From an uncultured Planctomycetia bacterium (GTDB taxonomy: Bacteria > Omnitrophota > Gorgyraeia > 2-02-FULL-51-18), in assembly GCA_964431835.1 (NCBI GenBank), contig CAYSKO010000006.1, positions 59,457-123,456 of the forward strand: a stretch of DNA of 64,000 bases. Reading direction: 5' to 3'. Each line of letters begins with the position of its first letter. Positions within the stretch are counted from its first letter, which is position 1. Below, in pieces: positions 9,048-22,411 of this stretch. The translations under genes and the position numbers were made by a program. The notes under the pieces were generated by a model. It was not told the DNA's origin, made no database searches, and was given only the letters and a program-made list of their open reading frames with translations.

Positions 9048-9340
9048 AGGGTTTTCCTTCTTTTATTGTCAGCGCGCACGAGTGCGTTTTTCAGCTCGGA
9101 CTTCGCGCTTTCCAAAGACGGCTCCGCCGGAGACGCCGTCACGCGGAAACGGAACACGTGTCCCGTCGGAGCCTCGAGGCCGCGTATCGCCTCGCGCAAG
9201 ACCCGGCGGATACGGTTCCGCTTCGTCGCCAATCGCACCGTTTTTTTGGGGATGGAGATCAAGGGACCGCGGCCGCCCGGTAATCCGGGCGTGTCCGCTC
9301 TTACGAGAGTGACCGCGAGCCAGATCGGCTCTTCGGGCAT
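9044..9340 (-). CDS. rnpA: ribonuclease P protein component (short, divergent)
   Basis: ISIPKKTVRLATKRNRIRRVLRE RNR motif; position between rpmH and yidD. Confidence 0.8.
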   Translation of the reverse strand: MPEEPIWLAVTLVRADTPGLPGGRGPLISIPKKTVRLATKRNRIRRVLREAIRGLEAPTGHVFRFRVTASPAEPSLESAKSELKNALVRADNKRRKTL

Positions 9341-9344
9341 CCGG

Positions 9345-9482
9345 TCAGACGGTCAGCTTCCAGCGGCCCTTTTGACGACGCTTCCTGAGAACGGCGCGAC
9401 CGTCCTTGGACTGCATCTTCTTCCGGAATCCGTGGGTTCTTTTCCGTTTAATATTCGATTTATTGGTAAGGGTTTTTTTCAT
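9345..9482 (-). CDS. rpmH: 50S ribosomal protein L34
   Basis: Not in ORF track; hand translation [45 protein letters not shown]. Confidence 0.95.
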   Translation of the reverse strand: MKKTLTNKSNIKRKRTHGFRKKMQSKDGRAVLRKRRQKGRWKLTV

Positions 9483-9772
9483 GGTATCCCGTTATTAGAA
9501 TCCGAGGATTATAACACAGGCGCGGTTCGAGTCAAGGACGAGGGAAATACTTGTTGCGCTTTGCCTAGGACGGTTGCTATAATTTCTTGAAATTTTTAAG
9601 AAGTTCGTTAAGACGTCACAAATAATAGCCTGTGGATAACTTGTTGATAATTTCCATAGGGCCGTGGTAAAAGCTGTGAACATCGTTTTATTAGTTAAGT
9701 TATTTAATTTCAATAGGTTAGAATATCAATATAAAACTTCTGAAGTGTTTTCCCCAGGCTACCTGTGGATAA
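9483..9772. promoter_or_regulatory. oriC part 1 / dnaA-rpmH divergent promoter region with DnaA boxes
   Basis: AT-rich; TGTGGATAA at 9631-9639 and 9764-9772, TGTTGATAA at 9642-9650; gene polarity switches here; minus-strand TTGACT...TATAAT promoter for rpmH. Confidence 0.85.
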
Positions 9773-11153
9773 CCTGACGCATAGAGACGCGGAAACGCTC
9801 TGGGCGCAGGTTGTTTCCTCCCTCGCCAAGGAACTCTCTCCTCACGTTTGCGACCGTTGGCTTCGCCCCATCAAGCCTCTCGAGATCGCCGACGACACTC
9901 TTTTTTTAAGCGTCCCGGACGAATTCTATAAATCCTGGATCGTCGACCATTACGGCGGAATGATGAACGCGGCTTTAAAGGAAGCGGCCGACGCCGGCGC
10001 GTCGCGCTTCGACTTCCGGGTCGACGCCGATTCATCGTTCGCGGTCCCGGTCTCGGCCGCGCCCGGTCTTCCGACACCTTCACCGGTTCCCGCCGGCCCG
10101 AACACCCCGGCGCTTCAGCCGATCTTCGCCGGCGAAGTGATGCTGAACGGGAAGTACACGTTCGAGAACTTCGTCGTGGGCCCCTCGAACCGTTTCGCGC
10201 ACGCGGCTTCCATGGCGGTCGCCGAAAGCCCGGCTAAAGCGTACAACCCGCTTTTCATCTACGGCCCGGTCGGCCTGGGCAAGACCCATCTCATGCAGGC
10301 GATCGGCCAGGAGACGATGCGGAAGTCGTTTCAGACCCGCGTTCTTTATATTACGAGCGAGAAGTTCACGAACCAGCTCATCAACGCGATCAAGACCGGC
10401 ACCACCGTCAAGTTCCGCGAGAAGTATAGGAACGTCGACGTGCTTCTCATCGACGACATCCATTTCATCGCCGGCAAAGAGGCGACGATGGAGGAATTCT
10501 TTCACACGTTCAACGCGCTCTACGATTCGCACAAGCAGATCGTGGTTTCGAGCGACAAGCCCCCGAAGGAAATCAACAACCTCGAGGAGAGACTAATCTC
10601 GCGCTTCGAGTGGGGACTCGTCACGGACATCCAGGCGCCCGACTACGAGACGCGCGCGGCAATTCTCCGGAAAAAAGCGGAAAAAGAGAACCTCTACGTT
10701 CCCGATTCCGTCACGTCGTTCATCGCCGACCGCGTGAAGTCGAATATCCGCGAGCTCGAAGGCGCGTTGATACGTGTGGTCGCCTATTCCAAACTCGTGG
10801 GGAAGGAAATCGACGAGGCGGTCGCGTACGACGTCTTAAAGGACATGATCGTCGAGACGCAGAAAAAAATCACGGTCGATCTCATTCAGCGGCGGGTCGC
10901 GGAATATTTCGAGGTCCGGCCTTCGGACATGACCGCTAAGCGCCGCTCCCGGAACGTCGTTTTTCCAAGGCATTTGGCGATGTATCTTTCGCGCGAGATG
11001 ACCGGGCTTTCCTACCCTGAAATCGGCGAACAATTCGGCGGTCGGGACCACACGACCGTGCTCCATGCGTGCGAGAAAGTAAGGAAGGAAATTAAGAAGG
11101 ATCAGAAGTCTAAATCGCTTGTGGATAAACTCATGACTGAAATTCGCAAATGA
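9765..11153 (+). CDS. dnaA: chromosomal replication initiator DnaA
   Basis: YTFENFVVGPSN, YNPLFIYGPVGLGKTHL, LLIDDIHF, SRFEWGL, FGGRDHTTVLHA. Confidence 0.98.
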   Translation: MDNLTHRDAETLWAQVVSSLAKELSPHVCDRWLRPIKPLEIADDTLFLSVPDEFYKSWIVDHYGGMMNAALKEAADAGASRFDFRVDADSSFAVPVSAAPGLPTPSPVPAGPNTPALQPIFAGEVMLNGKYTFENFVVGPSNRFAHAASMAVAESPAKAYNPLFIYGPVGLGKTHLMQAIGQETMRKSFQTRVLYITSEKFTNQLINAIKTGTTVKFREKYRNVDVLLIDDIHFIAGKEATMEEFFHTFNALYDSHKQIVVSSDKPPKEINNLEERLISRFEWGLVTDIQAPDYETRAAILRKKAEKENLYVPDSVTSFIADRVKSNIRELEGALIRVVAYSKLVGKEIDEAVAYDVLKDMIVETQKKITVDLIQRRVAEYFEVRPSDMTAKRRSRNVVFPRHLAMYLSREMTGLSYPEIGEQFGGRDHTTVLHACEKVRKEIKKDQKSKSLVDKLMTEIRK

Positions 11154-11305
11154 TTCAGACTGTGGATAAGAAAGAGTTTGTCCACAACTTACGGGTCCAT
11201 TTAAACTAGGAAACTGCAGGGGTTATGGACTTAACCCCGGAACTCGAGCGCCTAGTACTAACACTGGTTATGGAAATCTATAAATCAAAATCGAAATAAG
11301 GCGGA
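11154..11305. promoter_or_regulatory. oriC part 2 (DnaA boxes plus probable DnaA-trio unwinding element)
   Basis: TGTGGATAA at 11161-11169 (also 11120-11128 inside dnaA), TTGTCCACA at 11178-11186, GCGCC followed by TAG-TAC-TAA-CAC (11248-11264), then an A-rich tract. Confidence 0.75.
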
Positions 11306-12420
11306 GTGGATAACATGAAAATCGTTACGTCGAAGGACGCATTACTCAAGGGAATCCAAGCGGTGCAGAACGCGGTTAGCACCAAGGCGACCCTTCCGAT
11401 TCTTTCCCACGTCCTTTTGGACGCGAAGAAGGACGCGGTGCGTCTTGTGGCCACCGATCTTGAGATTGGTGTGTCCGTGACGATTGAAGGCGAAGTGGCT
11501 GAAGAAGGAGCGATTACGCTACCGGCAAGAAAGTTCAGCGAAATAGTGAAAGAGCTGCCGTCGCAGTTGCCGATCCACATCGCGATGAAAAAAGCGCAGT
11601 CGGTGAGTATCGAATCCGGAAAAAGTTATTTCAAGTTAAACGGGCTTTCGAAAGAGGATTTCCCACAACTTCCAGAGTTTCCGACGAATTTGAAGGCGAT
11701 CGACGCGGCGAAGCTTCCGCAGAAATTACTAAAACACATGATTCAGCTCACAAGTTTCGCGATGAGTCATGATGAGACGCGTTACGTGTTAAACGGGATC
11801 CTGTTCTCGTTTAAGGAAAAGGCGCTCAAAATGGTGGCCACCGATGGACGCCGTCTTGCGATCATCGAAAAAGCGGTTCCGGAAATGGGACAGTTGCGGC
11901 GCGATGCGATCCTTCCGATGAAGACGATTCAGGAATTAAATAGGAACCTATCGGACACGGGTGATGTGATTTTCTCGTTCAAGGAAAACCAGCTCCAAGT
12001 GAATCTCGGCGCGATCACGATTAGCTCGAGACTCATTGAAGGCGAATATCCGAATTACGAACAGGTTATTCCGAAGAAAACAAAAGAAGAACTGAAAATC
12101 GGAACGCAGGAATTCCTGCAAGCCACGCGCCGCGCGAGTATCCTCACGAACCAGGATTCGCAGTCGATTAAGATTAATATCATCAAAGATAAGATGATTT
12201 TGACCAAGAACACGCCAGAGCTCGGCGAAGTGCGCGAGGAACTCGATGTTGATTATAAAGGTGGGGAACTCGCGATCGGGTTTAACCCCGCGTTCCTCAT
12301 TGATGTTCTCAAAAATCTCGAGGACCCCGACGTGCGTTTCGGATTCATCGATCCCGAGAAACCCGCGGTTATTAAGAGCGGCGAGGATTACATGTACATC
12401 GTCCTCCCGATGCAAGTGGC

Positions 12421-12424
<4 letters not shown>
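11306..12424 (+). CDS. dnaN: DNA polymerase III beta sliding clamp
   Basis: TLPILSHVLL, ATDLEI, DETRYVLNG, VATDGRRLA, IVLPM C-terminus; alternative start ATG 11315. Confidence 0.97.
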
Positions 12425-15293
<2,869 letters not shown>

Positions 15294-15309
15294 AGGGTAG
15301 AGAAGAAAA

Positions 15310-17877
15310 ATGGCGGACAAGACCGACAACCAGTACACGCGGAACGAGAAGGTCATCCCGGTTTTCATCGAAAAAGAGATGAAGACCGCGTACCTGAACT
15401 ACGCGATGAGCGTTATCGTCGGCCGCGCGCTGCCCGACGTCCGCGACGGTTTGAAGCCGGTCCACCGCCGTATTCTCTACGCCATGAAGGGCCTCGGCCT
15501 CGATCACAACAAGCCCTACAAGAAATCCGCCAAGATCGTTGGTGAAGTGCTCGGTAAATTCCATCCGCACGGCGACTCCGCCGTTTACGATTCGCTCGTT
15601 CGCATGGTTCAGGATTTCTCGCTGCGCTATCCGCTCGTCGACGGCCAGGGCAACTTCGGCTCGGTCGACGGCGACTCGCCGGCGTCCATGCGTTACACGG
15701 AAGCGCGCCTGGCCGGAATCTCGAACGAGATGCTCCGCGATATCGACAAGGACACCGTCAACTTCGCGCCGAACTACGACGAGTCCGAAGAAGAACCGAC
15801 GCTCCTGCCGTCCGTGCTCCCGGGCCTTCTCTGCAACGGCTCGGCCGGCATTGCGGTCGGCATGGCCACCAACATTCCCCCGCATAATCTAAACGAAGTT
15901 TCCGACGGCATCATCGCGGCGATCGAGAACCCCGAGATCACGCCGAAGGAACTCATGAAATACATCAAGGGTCCCGATTTCCCGACGGGCGCCACGATCT
16001 GCGGCGTCGAAGGCATCAAGTCGGCGTACGAGACGGGCCGCGGCATCCTCAAGATCCGCGCGAAAGCGGCGGTCGAGGAATCGCGCAACGGCCGCCAGGC
16101 GATCGCGATCTCGGAGATCCCGTACCAGGTCAACAAATCGAACATGATTCAGACCATCGCCGATCTCGTGAACGACAAGAAGATCGAAGGCATCTCGGAC
16201 GTCCGAGATGAGTCCGACCGCGAAGGCATGCGTATCGTGATCGAGCTGAAACGCGACGTGAACGCGCAAGTCGTGATGAACCAGCTCTACAAGCACACGC
16301 AGATGCAGACCACTTTCGGCATCATTTTCCTGGCCCTCGTCGACGGCAGCCCGCGGGTTCTGAATCTTAAACAGATCATCGAAGAGTACATCAAGCACCG
16401 CAAGGAAGTGATCCTCCGCCGCACGCGGTTTGATCTCGACAAGGCCCGCGACCGCGCGCACATCGTCGAGGGACTGAAGAAGGCCGTCGACATCCTCGAT
16501 AAGATTATCAAGACCATCCGCGCCTCGAAGAACCCGGCGGAAGCCAAAGCCCAGCTCATCGAGAAGTTCGAGTTTTCGGACCGTCAGGCGCAGGCGATCC
16601 TCGAGATGCAGCTCCAGAAGCTTACCGGCCTTGAGATCCACAAGCTCGAGGAGGAGTTCAAGGAGCTCATGAAGAAGATCGACTTCCTCGAGTCGATCCT
16701 GAAGTCCGAGAAGAAGGTCCTCGAGATCATCAAGGAAGAGCTCGCGAAACTGAAAGCAGACTACGGCGACGAGCGCCGCACCGACATTTCGCGCTCGATG
16801 GACACCGAGCTCAACATCGAAGACCTGATCGCGGACGAGGCGGTCGTCATTACGATTTCGCACCAGGGCTACGTGAAGCGCCTCCCGGTCGGCACGTACC
16901 GCAAGCAGAAGCGCGGCGGCGTGGGCGTAGGCTCCGGCGGCCAGGAAGAGGACTTCACCCAGCAGCTCTTCGTCGCGTCGACGCACGACAACCTGCTTCT
17001 TTTCACGACCAAGGGCAAGGCGTTCGTCATCAAGGTGTACGACATCCCCCAGGCGTCGCGCATCTCGAAGGGCAAGTTTATCGCCAATTTCGTCTCGCTT
17101 TCGCAGGGCGAGAAGGTCACGTCCTACATGCCCGTGAAGAAGTTCGACGAGGGCATCTTCGTCGTCATGGTCACGAAGAACGGCACGATCAAGAAGTGCC
17201 AGCTGACCGATTTCGAGAACGTCCGAAAGAGCGGCATCATCGCGATCGGGCTCGATCCCAAGGACGAGCTCGTCGAGGCCGACCTCACGAACGGCAAGCA
17301 GCAGATCCTCATCGCCACCCGCGAAGGCCAGTGCATCCGCTTCGACGAGGACGACGTGCGCTCGATGGGACGCGCCGCCAGCGGCGTGCGCGGAATCACG
17401 CTCGACGGTAAAGATTACGTGATCGGCATGGAAGTGGTAGACTCGAAGGACGCCACGATCCTGTCCGTCACCGAGAAGGGCTTCGGAAAGCGCTCGATGG
17501 TCGACGAGTACCGGGTCACCGGACGCGGCGGCAAGGGCGTCACGAATATCAAGGTTACCGAGAAGAACGGCGAGGTCGTGGGCTTCAAACTTGTCACCGA
17601 CCACGACGACGTCATGATCATGACCAAAGAAGGCATGGTCGTGCGGTGCTCGGTGAAGGACATCCGCGAAACGGGCCGCGTGGCGCAGGGCGTCCGGGTC
17701 ATCAATTTGAAGAAGGACAACGACAAGGTCGTCGCCGTCGCCGAGGTCGAGCCCGAAGACGAGGCGATGGCGCAAGAGAAGCTGACCGAGGCCGAGAAGG
17801 CCGCAGCGATCGTGGAAGCCGAAGCCGAAAAGGCCGAGAAATCCGCGAAAGCCGACAAAAAGAAGTCGGACAAGTAA
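15310..17877 (+). CDS. gyrA: DNA gyrase subunit A
   Basis: [31 protein letters not shown], GyrA box QKRGGVG, beta-pinwheel repeats. Confidence 0.98.
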   Translation: MADKTDNQYTRNEKVIPVFIEKEMKTAYLNYAMSVIVGRALPDVRDGLKPVHRRILYAMKGLGLDHNKPYKKSAKIVGEVLGKFHPHGDSAVYDSLVRMVQDFSLRYPLVDGQGNFGSVDGDSPASMRYTEARLAGISNEMLRDIDKDTVNFAPNYDESEEEPTLLPSVLPGLLCNGSAGIAVGMATNIPPHNLNEVSDGIIAAIENPEITPKELMKYIKGPDFPTGATICGVEGIKSAYETGRGILKIRAKAAVEESRNGRQAIAISEIPYQVNKSNMIQTIADLVNDKKIEGISDVRDESDREGMRIVIELKRDVNAQVVMNQLYKHTQMQTTFGIIFLALVDGSPRVLNLKQIIEEYIKHRKEVILRRTRFDLDKARDRAHIVEGLKKAVDILDKIIKTIRASKNPAEAKAQLIEKFEFSDRQAQAILEMQLQKLTGLEIHKLEEEFKELMKKIDFLESILKSEKKVLEIIKEELAKLKADYGDERRTDISRSMDTELNIEDLIADEAVVITISHQGYVKRLPVGTYRKQKRGGVGVGSGGQEEDFTQQLFVASTHDNLLLFTTKGKAFVIKVYDIPQASRISKGKFIANFVSLSQGEKVTSYMPVKKFDEGIFVVMVTKNGTIKKCQLTDFENVRKSGIIAIGLDPKDELVEADLTNGKQQILIATREGQCIRFDEDDVRSMGRAASGVRGITLDGKDYVIGMEVVDSKDATILSVTEKGFGKRSMVDEYRVTGRGGKGVTNIKVTEKNGEVVGFKLVTDHDDVMIMTKEGMVVRCSVKDIRETGRVAQGVRVINLKKDNDKVVAVAEVEPEDEAMAQEKLTEAEKAAAIVEAEAEKAEKSAKADKKKSDK

Positions 17878-17890
17878 CCCACCTTTCAGC

Positions 17891-17968
17891 GACCCCATCG
17901 TCTAGCCTGGTCTAGGACATCACCCTTTCACGGTGATGACGCGGGTTCGAATCCCGCTGGGGTCGCCA
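17891..17968 (+). tRNA. tRNA-Glu(TTC)
   Basis: GACCCCA...TCACC-CTTTCAC-GGTGA anticodon arm, GTTCGAA T-loop, TGGGGTC-G-CCA. Confidence 0.96.
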
Positions 17969-17986
17969 TTTTTGATCGTTCCTTAA

Positions 17987-18027
17987 AAATCCAAGCCAAG
18001 GGCTTAATCCCGGGGCTTGGATTTCTT
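17987..18027 (+). terminator. probable intrinsic terminator after tRNA-Glu
   Basis: AAATCCAAGCC / GGCTTGGATTT 11-bp inverted repeat followed by CTT. Confidence 0.6.
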
Positions 18028-18222
18028 CCCCCTAAGAGCGAGAACGGCGGCGCACCTTTTAAGAGGATGAGATCATGCTGGTTCAAATGAAGCTACTGCT
18101 TCTCGTCGGAATGGGGTTTCTTTTATACGGTCTCTTGTCGTGGGATCGGACGGTCCCCGAAAGCTCGTCCGGGAGAAGAAAACCCTGGCGAAAACCCGAA
18201 CATCGGCGCAGGGGATTGATTG

Positions 18223-18421
18223 ATGGGCGCCAGCGTGCCGTTCTCGGAAGTCCTTACCACTCGTCGCTTCGTGCACTCCCGCGAACAGGTTTGGGAGGCC
18301 TTCTCCGACCCTGTGAAACTCGCCGCACGGAGTCGAGGCCGACGAGAAGCTTAAAAAGTTCATCACGGCGGCTAACGAAGAAAACTTCGACCGCCTCGAA
18401 GCACTGCTACATAAAACATGA
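18223..18421 (+). pseudogene. SRPBCC/AHSA1-family remnant with internal deletion
   Basis: One frame MGASVPFSEVLTTRRFVHSREQVWEAFSDPVKLA (SRPBCC N-terminus) joined out of frame to EKLKKFITAANEENFDRLEALL (SRPBCC C-terminal helix). Confidence 0.65.
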
Positions 18422-18432
18422 GGCGATAAAAA

Positions 18433-18987
18433 ATGAGTTTATTCCGGTTCGGAAAGCGTAAATATCTGGAAACGTGTCTCAACGATGGCAGGCTTTCGTT
18501 CGGCCCTGCCGAGTTCAAGAACCCCGCGAAGGTGGCCGCTCCCAAAGACGCCGGACGCTCGAAGCCGGCGACCGGTGGCGGTCTCGTGAAAAGTCCTGCC
18601 GAGCTTCGCGTCGATTACCACACCTACGGAAACACTCTGAAATATTATTTCATCTCGTTCGCGGGTACCTTCGACGAGAAGATGTATAAGGAATTCAAAG
18701 CCGACGCGTGTCTCGAAATCACGGACGAGCGGGAATTCGCGAATCGCCTCGACGCGGCTCTCAAGGAAATGAACTGGAAAGGCTGCCTCGGAAACGTGGC
18801 CTATTTCAATGCGAAGAAGCTCGCCGGTTTAAGCGATTCGACCGAAAAACTGTTTTCCAAGAACAGCGACTATAAGCTTCAAAAAGAATCCCGTATGGCG
18901 ATCCTTCCGCTAGATTTCAAAGAATTGGTGCGCGACCGGAAGGAAGTGATCGTAAAACCGTTGTCGGATATCGCCCGGTTCGTTTAA
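18433..18987 (+). CDS. hypothetical protein, loosely DUF2971-like
   Basis: GAGG SD; globular 184 aa; FSK..DY..QKESR motif reminiscent of DUF2971-type proteins. Confidence 0.6.
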   Translation: MSLFRFGKRKYLETCLNDGRLSFGPAEFKNPAKVAAPKDAGRSKPATGGGLVKSPAELRVDYHTYGNTLKYYFISFAGTFDEKMYKEFKADACLEITDEREFANRLDAALKEMNWKGCLGNVAYFNAKKLAGLSDSTEKLFSKNSDYKLQKESRMAILPLDFKELVRDRKEVIVKPLSDIARFV

Positions 18988-19097
18988 GAAGGAACCCCAA
19001 GAACACGGCTGGATGTACGAGCGGAGCTTCGCGGATTTGAACGGGCACCAGTGTGAGCCGTTTTTCATCGAAGAAACCAAGATTACGAAAGGTTAAG

Positions 19098-19757
19098 ATG
19101 AAAAAAGAAGACAAGGTACGCAAAAGCACTTACTTCGTGCTGGGGTTAACGGCCGTTTATCTTCTGGCCGCGGGGGCGTACGCGGTGGCTACCGGGTCGA
19201 AGGAATTTCTTCTTTATCTCGCCGTGTCGCCGTTTATCGTGGGCGGGGTCGTGTTTCTACACCGGAAGCTCGATCTGCCCGTTTCCTTGCTTTGGGCGCT
19301 CAGCTTCCTGGGCCTCGTCCACTGCGTCGGCGGACTCGTCATGGTTCCGGAAAGCTGGCCGACCGACGGCAAGAAATGGCTCTACAACTGGTGGCTCATC
19401 CCCGACAAGCTCAAGTTCGACCAGGTCGTTCACACCTACGGCAACGCGATCGCCACGTGGCTCTGCTGGCACCTTCTGCGCTACAGCATCGCGCTCGTCG
19501 TGAAAAGAGAGATCAAGGACATCCCGGCGCGGCCCGTGTTCCTACTCATCTGCTTCCTCGCGGGCATCGGCGTGGGTGCGCTCAATGAACTCCTCGAGTT
19601 CGGCGCCTCACAGACCGTACCCGGGGACACCAACGTGGGCGGGTACGTGAATACGGGGTGGGATTTGGTCTGCAACACCGTCGGGGGGGTTCTGACCTGC
19701 CTCGTGATATGGCTCAAGCGTAAGGACAAGCCGCTCCCGACGCCTGCGTGCGTCTGA
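19098..19757 (+). CDS. DUF2238/YjdF-like inner membrane protein
   Basis: Multiple TM helices; LVHCVGG, FDQVVHTYG, GALNELLEF, NTGWDLVCN motifs. Confidence 0.75.
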   Translation: MKKEDKVRKSTYFVLGLTAVYLLAAGAYAVATGSKEFLLYLAVSPFIVGGVVFLHRKLDLPVSLLWALSFLGLVHCVGGLVMVPESWPTDGKKWLYNWWLIPDKLKFDQVVHTYGNAIATWLCWHLLRYSIALVVKREIKDIPARPVFLLICFLAGIGVGALNELLEFGASQTVPGDTNVGGYVNTGWDLVCNTVGGVLTCLVIWLKRKDKPLPTPACV

Positions 19758-19881
19758 GGGACGGCGCATAACGCCTGAAAATGAAGTAGTTAAGTGGTAC
19801 AATAGCGCCACGCATTTCTATGCCGCACCGGATCGGCGCGGAGAAAATAAAGCAGGCGCCCATTAACTCTACTGGAGGCGT

Positions 19882-22335
19882 ATGAAGACCCTTTTCCGTC
19901 GACTTGCCGTACTGACCGCATTCCTTACCGTCCAGGCTCCCGCTTGGGCAAGCGAAGCCGATCTCCGGATCCCTGACCTCCGCGAAGGCCGCTTCGAGAT
20001 GTTCGGGGACCTCACAGGCTACCAGATCCTCCTTTACGGAGCGTTCATCATTCTGGGAACCGTCGGCCTCTCGATCTTCCAGTTCCTCGAGATCAAGAAG
20101 CTTCCGGCCCACCGTTCGATGCTTGAAGTGGCCGAGACGATCTACCAGACCTGTGTGACTTACTTGAAGCAGCAGGCGAAGTTCCTGATGATGCTCTTCG
20201 CGATCATCGCCTCGGCGATGTCCTATTACTTCATCGGCCTCCAGCACGAAACCTTCGGGACCCTCGCGCTCGTTCTCTTCTTCTCCATCGTCGGCATGGC
20301 GGGCTCCACGCTCGTCGCCTGGTACGGTATCCGTGTGAACACCTACGCGAATTCGCGCACCGCGTTCGCCTCGCTCCGTGGCATTCCGTGGGACGTCGTG
20401 AACATTCCGCTCCGCGCGGGCATGTCGGTCGGCCTTTTCCTGATTTCGGTCGAGCTCGTCATGATGGTCATCATCCTTCTTTTCGTGCCGCGCGACATCG
20501 TGGGCTACTGCTTCCTCGGGTTCGCGATCGGCGAATCGCTGGGCGCCTCGGTGCTTCGCATCGCGGGCGGCATTTTCACGAAGATCGCCGACATCGGTTC
20601 GGACCTCATGAAGATCGTCTTCCAGGTGAAAGAGGACGACCCGCGCAATCCGGGCGTCATCGCCGACTGCGCGGGGGACAACGCCGGCGACTCCGTTGGC
20701 CCCACGGCGGACGGCTTCGAAACGTACGGCGTCACGGGCGTGGCGCTCATTTCGTTCATCACGCTCGCGGTCAAGGACACGGACCTTCAGGCTAAGCTGA
20801 TCGTCTGGATCTTCGCGATGCGCTTCCTGATGGATTTCATGTCGGGCGTGTCGTACTTCATCAACAAGGCGATCTCGGAGAAAAAGTACAAGGGCCTCAA
20901 GGAATTCGACTTCGAAGAACCGCTCACGCGCCTCATTCAGATCGCGACGGTGCTTTGTATTTCGACCTCGTACGGCATGTCGTACCTTCTCATCGGCGAT
21001 CTTCCGGACGGGACGCTCTGGTGGAAGCTCGCTTCGATCATCACGTGCGGCACGCTCGGCGCGTTCCTGATCCCCGAATTCACGAAGGCCTTCACGTCGT
21101 CTCACTCGAAGCACGTGCATGAGATCGTGACGGCTTCCCGCGAGGGCGGGGCGTCGCTGACGATCCTCTCGGGCATCGTGGCGGGTTCGTTCTCGGCATT
21201 CTGGAAGGGGATACTGATCGCGGGCCTCATGTTCGTCGCGTACCTGATCTCGGGAATGGGCCTCCAGAACATCATGCCGTACGCGTCGGTGTTCGCGTTC
21301 GGCCTCGTGGCTTACGGGTTCCTTTGCATGGGCCCGGTGAATATCGCGGTCGATTCGTACGGCCCGGTCACGGACAACGCGCAGTCGATCTTCGAACTTT
21401 CGCAGGCCGAATCGATCCCGGGCATCGAGAACGAGATCCAGAAGGATTTCGGCTTCAAGCCCGACTTCAAGCAGGGCAAGCACTACCTCGAAGCGAACGA
21501 CTCGGCGGGCAACACGTTCAAGGCGACCGCGAAGCCCGTCCTGATCGCGACGGCCGTCGCGGGCGCGACGACGATGATCTTCTCGATCATCCTGATCCTC
21601 CAGGAGCACTTGCGCGCGGGTGCGGTGGCCGCGGCAAACGGCGGAATCGTCCCGGACAACATCGGCGAGATCCTTCTCAACGAGAAGCTTTCCCTCACGT
21701 CGTCTCCGATCCTCCTCGGCTTCCTGTGCGGTGGCGCGGTGATCTACTGGTTCTGCGGCGCGTCGATCCAGGCCGTCACGACGGGCGCGTATTCGGCCGT
21801 CGAGTACATCAAGAAGAACATGAACCTGAAGATCAAAGAAGCCAAGCGCGAGGATTCGATTACGGTCGTCCGCATCTGCACCGAGTACGCGCAGAAAGGC
21901 ATGTGGAACATCTTCCTCGGCCTTCTCGCGTTCACCCTCGCGTTCGCGCTTTTCGACCCTTACTTCTTCATCGCCTACCTCATGGCCATCGCCGTGTTCG
22001 GCCTCTTCCAAGCCATGTACATGGCGAACGCGGGCGGCTCGTGGGATAACGCGAAGAAACTCGTCGAGGTGGACCTGGGCGAGAAGAACACGCCGCTCCA
22101 CGCGGCCACCGTCGTCGGCGACACCGTCGGCGATCCGTTCAAGGATACGACTTCCGTTTCGCTCAACCCGATCATCAAGTTCTCGACGCTCTTCGGCCTT
22201 CTCGCCGTCGAGATCGCGATCAAGATGAATCCGGCGACGACGCGCATCGCAGGGACGGTCTTCTTCCTGGTGGGTCTCTTCTTCGTTTGGAAGTCCTTCT
22301 ACGGAATGCGTATTCCCGAGAAAGTAAAAGCTTAA
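19882..22335 (+). CDS. hppA: membrane-bound cation-translocating pyrophosphatase, K+-independent divergent type
   Basis: GGIFTKIADIGSDL, EDDPRNPGVIADCAGDNAGD, DSYGPVTDNA, GNTFKATAK, GDTVGDPFKDT. Confidence 0.93.
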   Translation: MKTLFRRLAVLTAFLTVQAPAWASEADLRIPDLREGRFEMFGDLTGYQILLYGAFIILGTVGLSIFQFLEIKKLPAHRSMLEVAETIYQTCVTYLKQQAKFLMMLFAIIASAMSYYFIGLQHETFGTLALVLFFSIVGMAGSTLVAWYGIRVNTYANSRTAFASLRGIPWDVVNIPLRAGMSVGLFLISVELVMMVIILLFVPRDIVGYCFLGFAIGESLGASVLRIAGGIFTKIADIGSDLMKIVFQVKEDDPRNPGVIADCAGDNAGDSVGPTADGFETYGVTGVALISFITLAVKDTDLQAKLIVWIFAMRFLMDFMSGVSYFINKAISEKKYKGLKEFDFEEPLTRLIQIATVLCISTSYGMSYLLIGDLPDGTLWWKLASIITCGTLGAFLIPEFTKAFTSSHSKHVHEIVTASREGGASLTILSGIVAGSFSAFWKGILIAGLMFVAYLISGMGLQNIMPYASVFAFGLVAYGFLCMGPVNIAVDSYGPVTDNAQSIFELSQAESIPGIENEIQKDFGFKPDFKQGKHYLEANDSAGNTFKATAKPVLIATAVAGATTMIFSIILILQEHLRAGAVAAANGGIVPDNIGEILLNEKLSLTSSPILLGFLCGGAVIYWFCGASIQAVTTGAYSAVEYIKKNMNLKIKEAKREDSITVVRICTEYAQKGMWNIFLGLLAFTLAFALFDPYFFIAYLMAIAVFGLFQAMYMANAGGSWDNAKKLVEVDLGEKNTPLHAATVVGDTVGDPFKDTTSVSLNPIIKFSTLFGLLAVEIAIKMNPATTRIAGTVFFLVGLFFVWKSFYGMRIPEKVKA

Positions 22336-22349
22336 GAAGTCCGGTCTTC

Positions 22350-22385
22350 AAGCGCCCGAGGGGCCAAACCCCCCGGCGCTTTTTT
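22350..22385 (+). terminator. probable intrinsic terminator after hppA
   Basis: AAGCGCC..GGGG/CCCC..GGCGCTT GC-rich hairpin followed by a T run. Confidence 0.6.
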
Positions 22386-22411
22386 CTCCTCGTCCAACCC
22401 CTGAGGTTCCC

